Positions 35,985-45,746 of a stretch of DNA of 64,000 bases are shown here, one piece after another. The stretch is from NCBI GenBank assembly GCA_963788655.1, contig CAWBHS010000023.1, positions 1 through 64,000 on the forward strand, in the 5' to 3' direction. The translations under genes were made by a program, and so were the position numbers. Under the pieces are notes generated by a model. That model saw only the letters and a program-made list of their open reading frames with translations, was not told the origin of the DNA and ran no database searches. The first letter of the stretch is position 1. Every line of letters starts with the position of its first letter. This DNA is from an uncultured Verrucomicrobiae bacterium. Lineage in GTDB: Bacteria > Verrucomicrobiota > Verrucomicrobiia > Limisphaerales > JAFGQR01.

Positions 35985-36944
35985 ATGCAGATTACACGTG
36001 TCGTTGTTTTCACCTTTGGCGTGCTCGTAGCCGCCGCGGGCCACGCGCCGGCGTGCGACCTTTGCGCCATATACACCGCGATGGAGGCCCAGGGCTCGGC
36101 CCGGACCGGCCTGTTCCTTGGCGCCGCCGAGCAATTCACCCATTTTGGTACGTTGCAGTTCGATGGCCGCGAAGTTCCCAATCCGAGCGGTCAGCGACTC
36201 GACAGTTCCATTGCGCAGGCGATCGTGGGTTACAGCTTTACCCAACGGTTCAGCTTGCAAGCCAATGTTCCGTTGATCTATCGCTCGTTCAAGCGGCCCG
36301 AAGGATTCACTATCGATGAAGGCAGTGAGTCAGGTTTGGGCGACGTTTCTGTGCTCGGCAAGTTTTTGGTTTGGCGCTTGGACACTGAAGATTTCACCGT
36401 CACCTGGAACCTGCTCGGTGGCGTCAAGTTTCCCACCGGAAGCACGAGCCGCCTCCAGGAGGAACTGCACGAAACCGAGGTCGAGGGGGCTCCGGAAAGT
36501 GGCATTCACGGTCATGACTTGACGTTGGGAACCGGTTCATTTGATGGCCTCGTGGGCACGAGCGCTTACCTGCGCTACCGGCGCCTGTTCGCCACGGGTA
36601 CGGTCCAGTATTCGATTCGCTCGGAAGGCGATTATGACTACCGCTTCGCCAACGACCTCACTTGGAGTGGCGGTCCGGGTGGTTACCTGCTTTTGGCGCA
36701 CACGTACACTCTCGCCCTGCAGGCAGTGGTGGCAGGTGAGCACAAGGGTACGGACTCCTTTCATGGGCAATCAGCCGTGGACACGGGCATCACATCGGTT
36801 TATCTCGGACCGAAGCTCATCGCCACTTGGAAAGACCGGCTGAGTGCGGACGTGGGCATCGATCTTCCCGTGAGCATCGAGAATACCGCTCTGCAAGCAG
36901 TGCCAGATTTCCGAGTGCGGGCCGGGCTGGCTTGGCGGTTCTAA
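35985..36944 (+). CDS. Outer-membrane beta-barrel 'transporter' (MetA-pathway/SphA-like) with N-terminal CxxC
   Basis: Signal peptide then CDLC; SGLGDVSV, GVKFPTG and LGTGSFD motifs; terminal WRF. Confidence 0.75.
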   Translation: MQITRVVVFTFGVLVAAAGHAPACDLCAIYTAMEAQGSARTGLFLGAAEQFTHFGTLQFDGREVPNPSGQRLDSSIAQAIVGYSFTQRFSLQANVPLIYRSFKRPEGFTIDEGSESGLGDVSVLGKFLVWRLDTEDFTVTWNLLGGVKFPTGSTSRLQEELHETEVEGAPESGIHGHDLTLGTGSFDGLVGTSAYLRYRRLFATGTVQYSIRSEGDYDYRFANDLTWSGGPGGYLLLAHTYTLALQAVVAGEHKGTDSFHGQSAVDTGITSVYLGPKLIATWKDRLSADVGIDLPVSIENTALQAVPDFRVRAGLAWRF

Positions 36945-37108
36945 CGTAAATGTCCGTGGTGCAATTGCGGCGGAACTTTCGCCATGCCATCGTGCCGACG
37001 CGAGGCACGAACCGCACCCTCACGAACCGCAGTTGACCTGGGCGCTCGGCGCAGCCATCCTAATCGGCGATCGATTTGCCCTACGAACCAGTCCGCCGGT
37101 TGAAGCTT

Positions 37109-37412
37109 ATGTCGCCCGAACAAAACAGGGGTTGCTGAAGAACATTCCCGCCATCACGGAGTTGCTCAAAAGCAAAACGGTCACGAATGGCTGAAGGTGC
37201 ATCCCGCAACCCTGGTGACCGAATGAGTGCGCGACGCCGTGTCCTCCGTGCGCCAGCCAGTGCTCGCCGACGCGGAAAGCCGCCAGGAAACACCGCCGTT
37301 GACTGCCGACGCGATCCTGGCCCGCGCGGCGGAGTTACTCGTGCAAACCACCGCCCCGCACCTGCGCGAAGCCATCAATGCCACCGGGATCATTCTGCAC
37401 ACCGGCCTGGGC
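37109..37412 (+). pseudogene. selA: Truncated selA (L-seryl-tRNA(Sec) selenium transferase) N-terminal remnant
   Basis: LLKNIPAITELL and HLREAINATGIILHTGLG match the SelA N-terminus. It carries two -1 frameshifts and an in-frame TGA at 37224, and is cut off by a repeat. Confidence 0.8.
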
Positions 37413-37413
37413 G

Positions 37414-37485
37414 GAGACAGGCGAGACGCCTGTCCTACCGCGCTGAATCGCGTCATCGCTGCTCCAGCTATTGAATGGATACGGC
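37414..37485 (+). repeat. Dispersed ~70-bp repeat copy (REP arm plus tail), homologous to 35788-35859
   Basis: gagacaggcgagacgcctgtcctaccgcgc...gcgtcatcgctgctcc.gcta.tgaat.gatacg occurs in both places. Confidence 0.9.
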
Positions 37486-37508
37486 TGAGCGGTTCTTCCA
37501 GCCTTGTG

Positions 37509-38697
37509 TTATCGCTTCCGGCGATCCCAATTCTGCTCGCGGATGAGTTGCTCCAACTCAGTCTTGGGAGCGAAGTCAGCCGGGATGATCTTCCACCGAC
37601 TGAGGTAATTGAAAACGTCGCGCAAATGGCGGGCGTCATTCCTCCGGCTGTCCAGTTGGCTGGCCGGCAACTTCTTCAGGTTGGCGACGTAGGCCCCGGC
37701 CATTTGCTCGCACTTTTCCATGGTGACCGGCTCCTTTTCATAGATAAGCGATTCGAAGTAGCGCAGCATTTGCGGCATCGGGTTGTCCGGTTGGTTCATG
37801 GTCGCGGCATCGGCGCGGATCGAGGCAGCAATTTCTTTACGTTTGGCCATCGTGGCTTCGGTGCTCAGATAACCATCGGTCCCGCCCTGGGACAAACGTA
37901 ACGGCAGTTCGCGATACCAGATGTTGCGGAAGCGCACTGGGTTGCCGTGGTCCTGGAGGCGAAGCGAGCCTTTTTCTGGAAACGGACGGGGCTTAGTGCG
38001 GCCCAAGTGGCCGCCTGGGCCTTCCAACGGAGTGTGGTCCTGCACCAGCACGCCGTTCATGAACACGGTCACGTAACCGAGATCGATTGCCTTGCCGTCC
38101 TGGTAAACGGGGCGGCGGAAGACGATGTCATAGACCTCCCATTCGCCGGGCGGCCGCAGGGCATTGGCCAGGGGCGGATTGATGCCGTAATAACCCCCGG
38201 CCGCCCCATCCGCGTAAGTCAGATTATTGTAACAATCCAGCACCTGGATTTCGAGTCCGCCCGGCAGGAAAACGCCGCTGTTGCCGCGGCCCTGGCTGCT
38301 GCCGGAGATATTCTTGGGCTCCGCCCATTCGATGTGTAACTGGCAGTCGCCGAATTGCTGCTTGGTATGGATTTCGCCGGTGCCGGGTTTCACTTCCAGG
38401 CACCCATCTTTGATCAGCCACGGGGCCGGTCCCCCCTTGTTGTTGGCCCAGTTGGAGAGGTCCGTCCCGTCGAACAGCACAATGGCGTCCGACGGTGGTT
38501 GGCCCGGTTGCGCCTGAGAACTGAACGTGCCGGGCGTGACCACTTTCGGCTGCGGCCGGTTGCCATCGTGAACGGCCCAGGGATGATGTTCGTCCGGCGG
38601 GTCACCATAGAAAACGGGCCCAGTGGAAGCGGCGAGTCCCGCCGAGGCCACCAATAAAACAGTACCTACTGAAGGTAAGAGGTAGAATCGATTTCAT
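37509..38697 (-). CDS. DUF1080 family protein with C-terminal helical extension (probable +1 frameshift in the signal peptide)
   Basis: PPSDAIVLFDGTDLS, FGDCQLHIEW, QGRGNSGV, EIQVLD, LQDHGNPVRFRNIW. The ATG at 38697 is one base out of frame with ORF 37509-38654. Confidence 0.88.
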
Positions 38698-38909
38698 GTC
38701 CCAGCATTGCACTGCCGGTTGGGCAACGTCAATACTTGGGCGCGGCTGGCGGGCCAGGCGCGCGTTACCCCGGTATATTTTTCTGTTTATCTTTTGGCAA
38801 GCGTCAGTAATCTCCCCGCAAATGCATGGCGATTGACCAGTGTGCTTTCAAGGATTCGGAGAGCAAGCCTTGAGTAACCTCACCGCCATGATGAGTCGCG
38901 GTTGTTGGC

Positions 38910-40217
38910 ATGAAAAGCGTATTGCTCATCCAAAGTAACGAAGGGGAACGGACCGCCATCGCCCAATTCCTGCGCCAGCGTGGCTGGCAGGTCTGGGAAG
39001 TGGACGACGAACAGAACGCCATGGCGTTGACCCGCCAACACCAACCCGTCCTGGTGCTTTGGGACCTGACCGGTCGCCCGACCAACGACCTGGAATGGGG
39101 CGCTGATCTTCGCGCCAACCGCGATTTGCCCCCACTTCGGATCATTGCCCTCGGCGATCCTCATCCCGGCATCAGCCGGACCCGGGTGCTCGAAGCCGGC
39201 GCCGACGAGTTTCTGGTCAAACCGGTCAGCCCGGAGGAATTACTGCGATTCATGGAGAACCTGGCGCCACTCCCGCGGCCCCAGGAGCAAGCCGCCGTAG
39301 CAGTGGTCCCTGGCACGACGTTGAGGTTCTGGGGCGTCCGCGGTTCGATCCCCGCCCCCGGTCCCGGCACGCTGGAATTTGGCGGCAATACCTCATGCCT
39401 CGAAGTGCGCGCCGGCGGCGAAATCATCGTGCTCGATTCCGGCAGCGGGATCCGGTTGCTGGGCCGAGAACTGGCGTCTGAGTTCAAAGTGCAGCCCTTG
39501 CAAGTGACGATTCTGATCAGTCACACGCATTGGGATCACATTCAAGGATTCCCATTTTTCCTCCCCGCCTACGACCGGAAGAATCACATCCGCATCCTGG
39601 GCTACGAAGGGGCGCGGGAAGGATTGACTCGCGTTTTTTCCCTGCAAATGGAGGGGCCTTATTTCCCCATCGATTTCAAGGAACTGCCCAGCAACATCAT
39701 CATCGAAGAACTCAAGGACTTGGAATTTCATCTCGGCCAAGTCAAGGTGGAGGCGATGCCCACCAACCATCCTGGCGTCTGCATGGGGTATCGGTTGACC
39801 ACCCCGGACGGGACTATTGTCTATCTGCCGGACAACGAACCTTGTTACCTGGTGCATCCACAGGCTCGGCAGCAACTCGGTGACTTACCTGCCGATGTCT
39901 CCTCGACCAAAGCGCACGAACAGCGTACACTCGAATTCATGCGTGGCGCCGACGCGTTGATCATCGATGCCCAATACGACGCCCGCGAATACAAGTCCCA
40001 CATGGGCTGGGGCCATGGGTGCGTGGATGACGTGGTCAACATGGCCATCGCGGCGGACGTCAAGCGCCTATATCTGTTTCATCATGACCCGGATCACAAC
40101 GACGCGAAGATCGCCGCCATGGTGGACGGGGCCCGGCAAATAGCAAAGGCCCACGGCAGCCCAATCCTGATTGAAGGAGCGCGGGAAGGCGAAAGTTGCA
40201 AGCTGTTTCAAGCGTGA
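38910..40217 (+). CDS. Response-regulator receiver + metallo-beta-lactamase-fold hydrolase fusion
   Basis: REC (VLWD...GADEFLVKP) then FWGVRGSIP, GGNTSC, SHTHWDHIQG, WGH and FHHDP. Confidence 0.9.
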   Translation: MKSVLLIQSNEGERTAIAQFLRQRGWQVWEVDDEQNAMALTRQHQPVLVLWDLTGRPTNDLEWGADLRANRDLPPLRIIALGDPHPGISRTRVLEAGADEFLVKPVSPEELLRFMENLAPLPRPQEQAAVAVVPGTTLRFWGVRGSIPAPGPGTLEFGGNTSCLEVRAGGEIIVLDSGSGIRLLGRELASEFKVQPLQVTILISHTHWDHIQGFPFFLPAYDRKNHIRILGYEGAREGLTRVFSLQMEGPYFPIDFKELPSNIIIEELKDLEFHLGQVKVEAMPTNHPGVCMGYRLTTPDGTIVYLPDNEPCYLVHPQARQQLGDLPADVSSTKAHEQRTLEFMRGADALIIDAQYDAREYKSHMGWGHGCVDDVVNMAIAADVKRLYLFHHDPDHNDAKIAAMVDGARQIAKAHGSPILIEGAREGESCKLFQA

Positions 40218-40337
40218 GAGCCGAAACGGAGTGACCATCTCGTCCTTTGGACAGGTTTTCCGGCGATCGCGAGTTTTCTAAAAGCGTCCAACACCACGCC
40301 CAACGCCGCGCCGACAGGAAGCACTTTCCGACGTTCG

Positions 40338-40525
40338 GGACAGCCGGGACGGCTGTCCTACTTGATCGGCACCGCTCATCAACCGAAGCCCGCCTGACCT
40401 ACTGCAGTTTAGCGTGTTGCCGGCATCCTGCCGGCAGATCGAGCGGAGCACTGTGCGGTGAACGGAGGGAGTAGTCCGAACGCATTCAGACCATTCGTTT
40501 CTGTCGGCGAGACGCCGACAGCACG
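40338..40525. repeat. Cluster of REP-like palindromes
   Basis: ggacagccgggacggctgtcctac (40338-40361); inverted pair cgtgttgccggcatcctgccggcaga / tctgtcggcgagacgccgacagcacg. Confidence 0.75.
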
Positions 40526-40587
40526 TTGGCGCATGACGGTGCAGTCGGGGGGGGCGTGCTCCCCGTAGCCAATTGTCTGCTTTCGGT

Positions 40588-41042
40588 TTAGGACTTGGTT
40601 CGAACGGCACCCGCCGCTGCGGACAATCCCTCGAATTTTTGTTTCAGGGTGCTCTTGCCGGGCAAACCCACGATTTGGTCCACCTTCTTTCCATCCTTAA
40701 ATATCAGGAGTGTAGGAATCGCTCGAATGCCGTAACGCTCCGCCAGGGCGGATTGTTCATCGACGTTGACTTTGCCCACCCGGACAGTTTCGTGGTACTC
40801 GTCGGCCATTTCCGCCACCAAGAGGGGCGAGCTGTCGGCAGGGTCCGCACCAGGAAGCCCAGAAATCGACCACGATGGGTAGCGGCGAAGCCTTCAATTG
40901 CTGATCAAAATTCTCGCGCGTCAGCGTTACCAGTGTATTTGCTGGTGACCTCGGGATTACCGGCAGAAGGATTGCCGCAAGCTCCGAGAGCGAGGAGGAC
41001 CGCGGCGGCAGTTGGTAAGAGTAGCCAGTTCAGTAACTTCAT
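40588..41042 (-). CDS. Thioredoxin (WCGPC) with lipoprotein signal, two +1 frameshifts
   Basis: Joined frames read MKLLNWLL...LALGAC, then [34 protein letters not shown], then VAEMADEY...[14 protein letters not shown]. Confidence 0.82.
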
Positions 41043-41191
41043 CGGCTTCAAGTTGGGGTACCCTACGGATAATTGCAACGGTGTCATTGCCTTCCTATCC
41101 CGAAGCAATGTCTCGGAATGCCGCAACTTTATTGGCTCAAGATGGTGGCGCTCTTCTGCCGAATCGCCGCGACGCCAGATTCATGGGGAAC

Positions 41192-43469
41192 TCACCGCCG
41201 GAGGCGCACGGCGAGATCGCGGTCCATAGCCGGTAAAGCAATCCGGGCAAATCCCGAGGCTGGGACGACTCACCGACTGGGTGTCGAGGACGCCTTTGCC
41301 CCAAGTGTCCCAGACTTCGGCTTTCCACGATCCCGGAGCCACGCCGGGTAAAACCAGAATTGACGGTGCCGCCGGCGGGATTTGCGCCTTCTGCACACAC
41401 ACATTCTGCCAGGTGCGGCCTTCCAAGCGTGCCCACGCCAGCGCCGTGGTTTTTCCGACCAGGCCCCAAGCGAGCACCGGCGGTTTGCGGGTTTCCATCG
41501 CGCCAGGCAGACGATACTGCACCATGAACCAATCTTTGCCCGTATTCTCCACCACCACCGTGTGCGCACCGGCGGGGACTTCAATCGCGTAGGTTCCCGC
41601 GAACTGAGTCAGCGTTTTGTAGCTCGGATCATTGTCCGGAAATTCCCGTGTCAACGCCGTCTTCCCGTCGAGACTTACTTGCAAGACCGCGCCACCATAG
41701 CCGGACACGTCGCCCACGAGCACTTCGAAGCGTGCCGGCCACGGCAAGTCCAGCGCGAAGGTGACCGGATTGTGTTGGTCTCGATGGCCGCCCAATCCGT
41801 GCTGGATGCCGGCCAAAGGCAATTCACCGGAGATGCCCGTCCGGGTGATCCGCACTTGGCGCGGCTGATTGAATTCGGTTTTCTCCCAGCTCACCGGTCC
41901 TTCGTTCAGCAGCAGATCGGTGCGCGGATGTGGCGTCTCTTTGTCCTGCCATTCCAGGGAGGGGGTGACAGTGTGAAAACGTTCGGCGGGCCAATCCACG
42001 TCGGTGGTGAACCGGACGAGGGGCGTAAACAAAGGATACAATTTCAAAGGATCAATGAGATTATCCCACCACCAGGATTGCGCGGATGCGGCGCCACCGG
42101 TCACCACCGATACCCAAAGTGGATCGTGAACCTGCAAACCTTCACGGTCATCCTGCCGGCGCGGCCCGCCGGCGTCAGCGCCGATTTCACCCACGTAATG
42201 CGGTTTGCCGTAGGTGGCTTTGGTCAATTGGGCGCGGGCGGCCGTTGGCACAATGTCCGCGCTGCCGTAGTGATGGGTTTGCGCATAATCGAGTTCTGGC
42301 AGCCGATCAATTTCGGGATCGCCACGCGTGTTGGCAAAACTGGTGGTAATCAAATGGCCGTACGGATCGAGCGCCCGCAAGGCCCGCGCCATGCGTTGGT
42401 GCCAGTCGCGGACCGGAGCGGTTTGATAGCCGGTCGTGATGTCCACTTCATTCCAAAACTCCCAGGCGAATACTTGCCGATAGGCGCCGTAGCGGGCGAC
42501 GAGATACCGCAGCTTGTGACGATACCAGCGGTCCATTTCCGCGTTGGTCCAGAACTCGGTCGGCTGTTGCAGCGGCCCGCCGTTCTTCGCGTTGTGCGGC
42601 GTGTTGTCCCATTGGGGATACGCGTTTTTCTCCCGAAGGATGTTGTAGGAATCAATACACAGCTTGAGCCATAAGCCGTGTTGGGCAGCCAGCCCGAGCA
42701 CATAATCAATGCGCCAGGCATTCGCCAGATCAAATTGCCCCATACCTTTCCCGTCCGCAGGGGCGCCGGCTTGTTCGAGGGCAAACGTCGTCCAATTCGG
42801 CGACAACCACAGCCGGCCGTAATTACAACCCGCCGCCTCATAACGCGGCAGCCACGCGTCATAATCGAACGTGCCGCGCCGGCCGGCCCAGCAGATATTG
42901 GCGCCGATCGGGAACATCGGTTGGCCGTCTTCAAATTCGAAGTAATGCCGATCCCGCGAACTCACGCGCACGAGGCCGTGGTTATGGGAGGGACTGGCTT
43001 TAAAGGGCACCGGTTTGGATTCGACCGTGCCGGTCCGATCCCGCAAAACCACGACCGCGCTGTAATCGCCCACTTGGCTCGGCGCATAGCGGATGCGCCA
43101 GGAGGGATCGCCCGCTGGAGTGAGGATCTCATTGCCGGATTGTTGGGAGCGCTTGAATGGTCGGTAAAGGAAGCCGGGCACGGAAACGGTCTCGCCTGAA
43201 GGCGTAGTGATACGAGCGTCCAGCGCCACGTCGTCCGGGTCAAACGGATTGTCGTAGGCGGCGCCCAGTTCCACGGTCATTTCGATCCGTTCCCATCGAG
43301 GAATCGTCGGGGCAGAGAGCGACACCTTTTGAATGGCCAAGTCCGTTTTGCAGGCGTAAGGCGTGACCAGACGGGTGACCGGTTCGGCCGATTGGGCACC
43401 AGGCATCAGCAGGAGGAAGCCCAGGCACAGGGCGAAACAACCAAAGGCAGCCTTCCAGGTGGAGCGCAT
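41192..43469 (-). CDS. DUF5060 + GH5-like TIM-barrel secreted glycoside hydrolase
   Basis: Signal peptide; YDNPFDP (DUF5060-like); AWEFWNE acid/base and YVGE nucleophile-like motifs. A +1 shift near 41272 gives the end ...RDLAVRLRR* (uncorrected ORF ends at 41181). Confidence 0.78.
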
Positions 43470-43567
43470 ACTTCGCAGCGTGTGTCATGAGGCATCAGAC
43501 GCATGACACCGGGGAGGAGCTTCATTTTTCATTCTCGAAATCGCGAGCTTGTGGCAAAGTCCGGCGC

Positions 43568-44320
43568 GTGAAAGCAGTGATTCTCGCCGCCGGCAAAGGC
43601 ACCCGCATGAAAGGGCTCACCAATGAGCTGCCCAAGCCCATGCTCAAGGTACAGGGTAAACCCATTCTCGAGCACATCGTCACCGGCTTGATTCACGCCG
43701 GAATTACGGAGGTTTTCATCGTCACCGGTTACAAAGCCGAGGTCATCGAAGCCTACTTTCGGGACGGCCAATCGTGGGGCGCCACCATCCGTTATGGTCG
43801 GCAGGAAGTTCAGAATGGCACCGGCAAAGCTCCCGAGGTGGCCCAAGCGTTTGTCGGCACCGACCCGTTTCTGCTGACTTACGGAGACATCCTCGTCAAA
43901 CGCCAAACCTACACGCAGATGCGCCGACGTTTCGAAGAAGATCAATTTGCCGGACTGGTCACCGTTACCGGCGGCGAAGATGTGACCAAGGGCGGGCTGG
44001 ACTTTTTTGATGAGGCCTTTTGCCTGACCCGGTTGCTGGAAAAGCCCACGCCCGAACAATTGGAAGAAGTGCGCCGGCAAGGTCTCCTGAAACCCGGCCA
44101 GACCGTGTGGTACAACGCGGGGATTTATATGTTTCAACCGGTGGTTTTTGATTACACCGCCAAAATTGAGAAGTCACCGCGCGGCGAATACGAACTGACC
44201 GACGCCCTCAATGCCATGGTCAACGACGGCCTGAAGATTGCCGGCATGCCCATCGAAGGCCGGTGGGTAGATGTGCGCGATCCGGAAGTGCTGGCTTCGT
44301 TGGAAGCGGGCTCAGAATGA
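43568..44320 (+). CDS. Sugar-phosphate nucleotidyltransferase
   Basis: KAVILAAGKGTRM...LPKPML; KSPRGEYELTDA; WVDV. Confidence 0.9.
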   Translation: MKAVILAAGKGTRMKGLTNELPKPMLKVQGKPILEHIVTGLIHAGITEVFIVTGYKAEVIEAYFRDGQSWGATIRYGRQEVQNGTGKAPEVAQAFVGTDPFLLTYGDILVKRQTYTQMRRRFEEDQFAGLVTVTGGEDVTKGGLDFFDEAFCLTRLLEKPTPEQLEEVRRQGLLKPGQTVWYNAGIYMFQPVVFDYTAKIEKSPRGEYELTDALNAMVNDGLKIAGMPIEGRWVDVRDPEVLASLEAGSE

Positions 44321-44339
44321 GTCTGGTGGCGCGCGGCGA

Positions 44340-44456
44340 GTATCCGGCGAGACGACCGGCGAGGATAATCTGAAGACGCTGCGCCTGGTTTTTTCGGCAT
44401 CCGAGTCGGCCAAGCGGGGCGAAGCCATCGATCTTTCACCCAGCGTACCTCAATAA
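44340..44456 (+). pseudogene. Remnant resembling the C-terminus of a Gfo/Idh/MocA oxidoreductase
   Basis: ETTGEDNLKTLRLVFSASESAKRGEAIDL, with no N-terminal part. Confidence 0.5.
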
Positions 44457-44457
44457 A

Positions 44458-45514
44458 TCAAAAGCGGCGGTCGGGTGGCTTGTTTGGAAGCGGCGAAGTC
44501 CACGCGGGCGGTGGTTTAGGTGGCTGGTAAGAGGGAGTCGGCAGGCTGGAAAAGCCGGTGACGCGCGACGAGCTGCGGTTCATTCCGCCCGGAGGAAAAA
44601 AGGAACTGGCCGCTGAATTCGGGGAGCGGGAACTTGCTGAAGGCACGGCAAACCCGGATCTCCCGCCCGGAGAATCCATGCGGCTTCCGATAATTGGCTG
44701 CATGGATTGTCGTGACGTGTCAGGCGAGAGGTTGATTGGATCCTGCCCCCCCATGGTCGCCGGGCTTGACAGGCTTGGTAAACCCGAACTGTCGCGGTTG
44801 AGGTTATTGCCGGTGGCGCCAGCCGGCACTCCCAACAGCTCCTGAAGCCGGCTGCGCGGTTGGCCGAAGCTTCCTTGAGCGGTGGCGGAAGGCAACGGCG
44901 CCAAGAGCTCATTCAAGGATATGTCCGAGGAGGCATGGGCATCCTGCCCTCCGTTACTGGCGGGATTTTCGCTTTCGTCGTAATAGTGGGTCGCAACCTG
45001 GGATTGACTGGCTGGTGACGACTTGGAATCACGAAGCGCAACATTGTCAAATGTGGGATCGTTATTGCCGGAGTGTCTTTCAAGGTCTTTGGGGGTGTAT
45101 TCGCGTACTCCAAAACTGGCTTTCACATTGGTCCTTGGGGTCTTTGGAGGTTTCAAAAAGCCAAAAGCGTCGCCGTCTTTCTTCTTCACGAAGCTGCCGC
45201 AAACGTCGCGGATCCTCTTTCGCCGAAGAAATGGAACTGGATTGCGCAGGGGGTTGGTATTGGGAACGGGAGTTGTCGCCCGAGGCGGCATTCTGCCGCT
45301 CCCGCAACCGTTGCTCGGTCGAATCCAAATTGGCGCTTTGCCTGGTGTCCACGAACACGATCGGGGTTCCTGTCGGTATGGCCGGACGATAGGCCTGTCC
45401 CTGGGGGAAAATGATCGCGGTGCCGCCGACCGCCAGGGCGGCTGAAAAAGCCAACCCCAGAACGATTCCTGGCAGCAGATAGGTTCGTTTGCGAATGCTA
45501 AACAACAAATTCAT
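44458..45514 (-). CDS. Hypothetical exported Ser/Pro-rich protein (one +1 frameshift ~45190)
   Basis: ORF 45080-45514 (signal-like N-terminus) overlaps ORF 44458-45291 (low-complexity tail). Confidence 0.55.
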
Positions 45515-45746
45515 GCTTGCGATTTCTAATCCCCAAACCGGCGTCAATTTACGGACAAAACCACGACTACCGTCCGTTTGAAGACATCTCACAAATACTC
45601 AGAGGCATTTCCAGGACAAAATGTTCAAAACTCCAGGCGGCACATCTCTCCGGGCAACTCGATCTCATCCCAAAGTAAGAGGCGATTTTCTTGATTTCAG
45701 AAGTTGAAGTTGTGCGGGGGCTCAGTTAGCGTTTTCCTTTATTGCT

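Noticed and set aside
37224..37226. In-frame TGA in selA read as selenocysteine
   Set aside because: The gene is also frameshifted and truncated; no selB or selC nearby.
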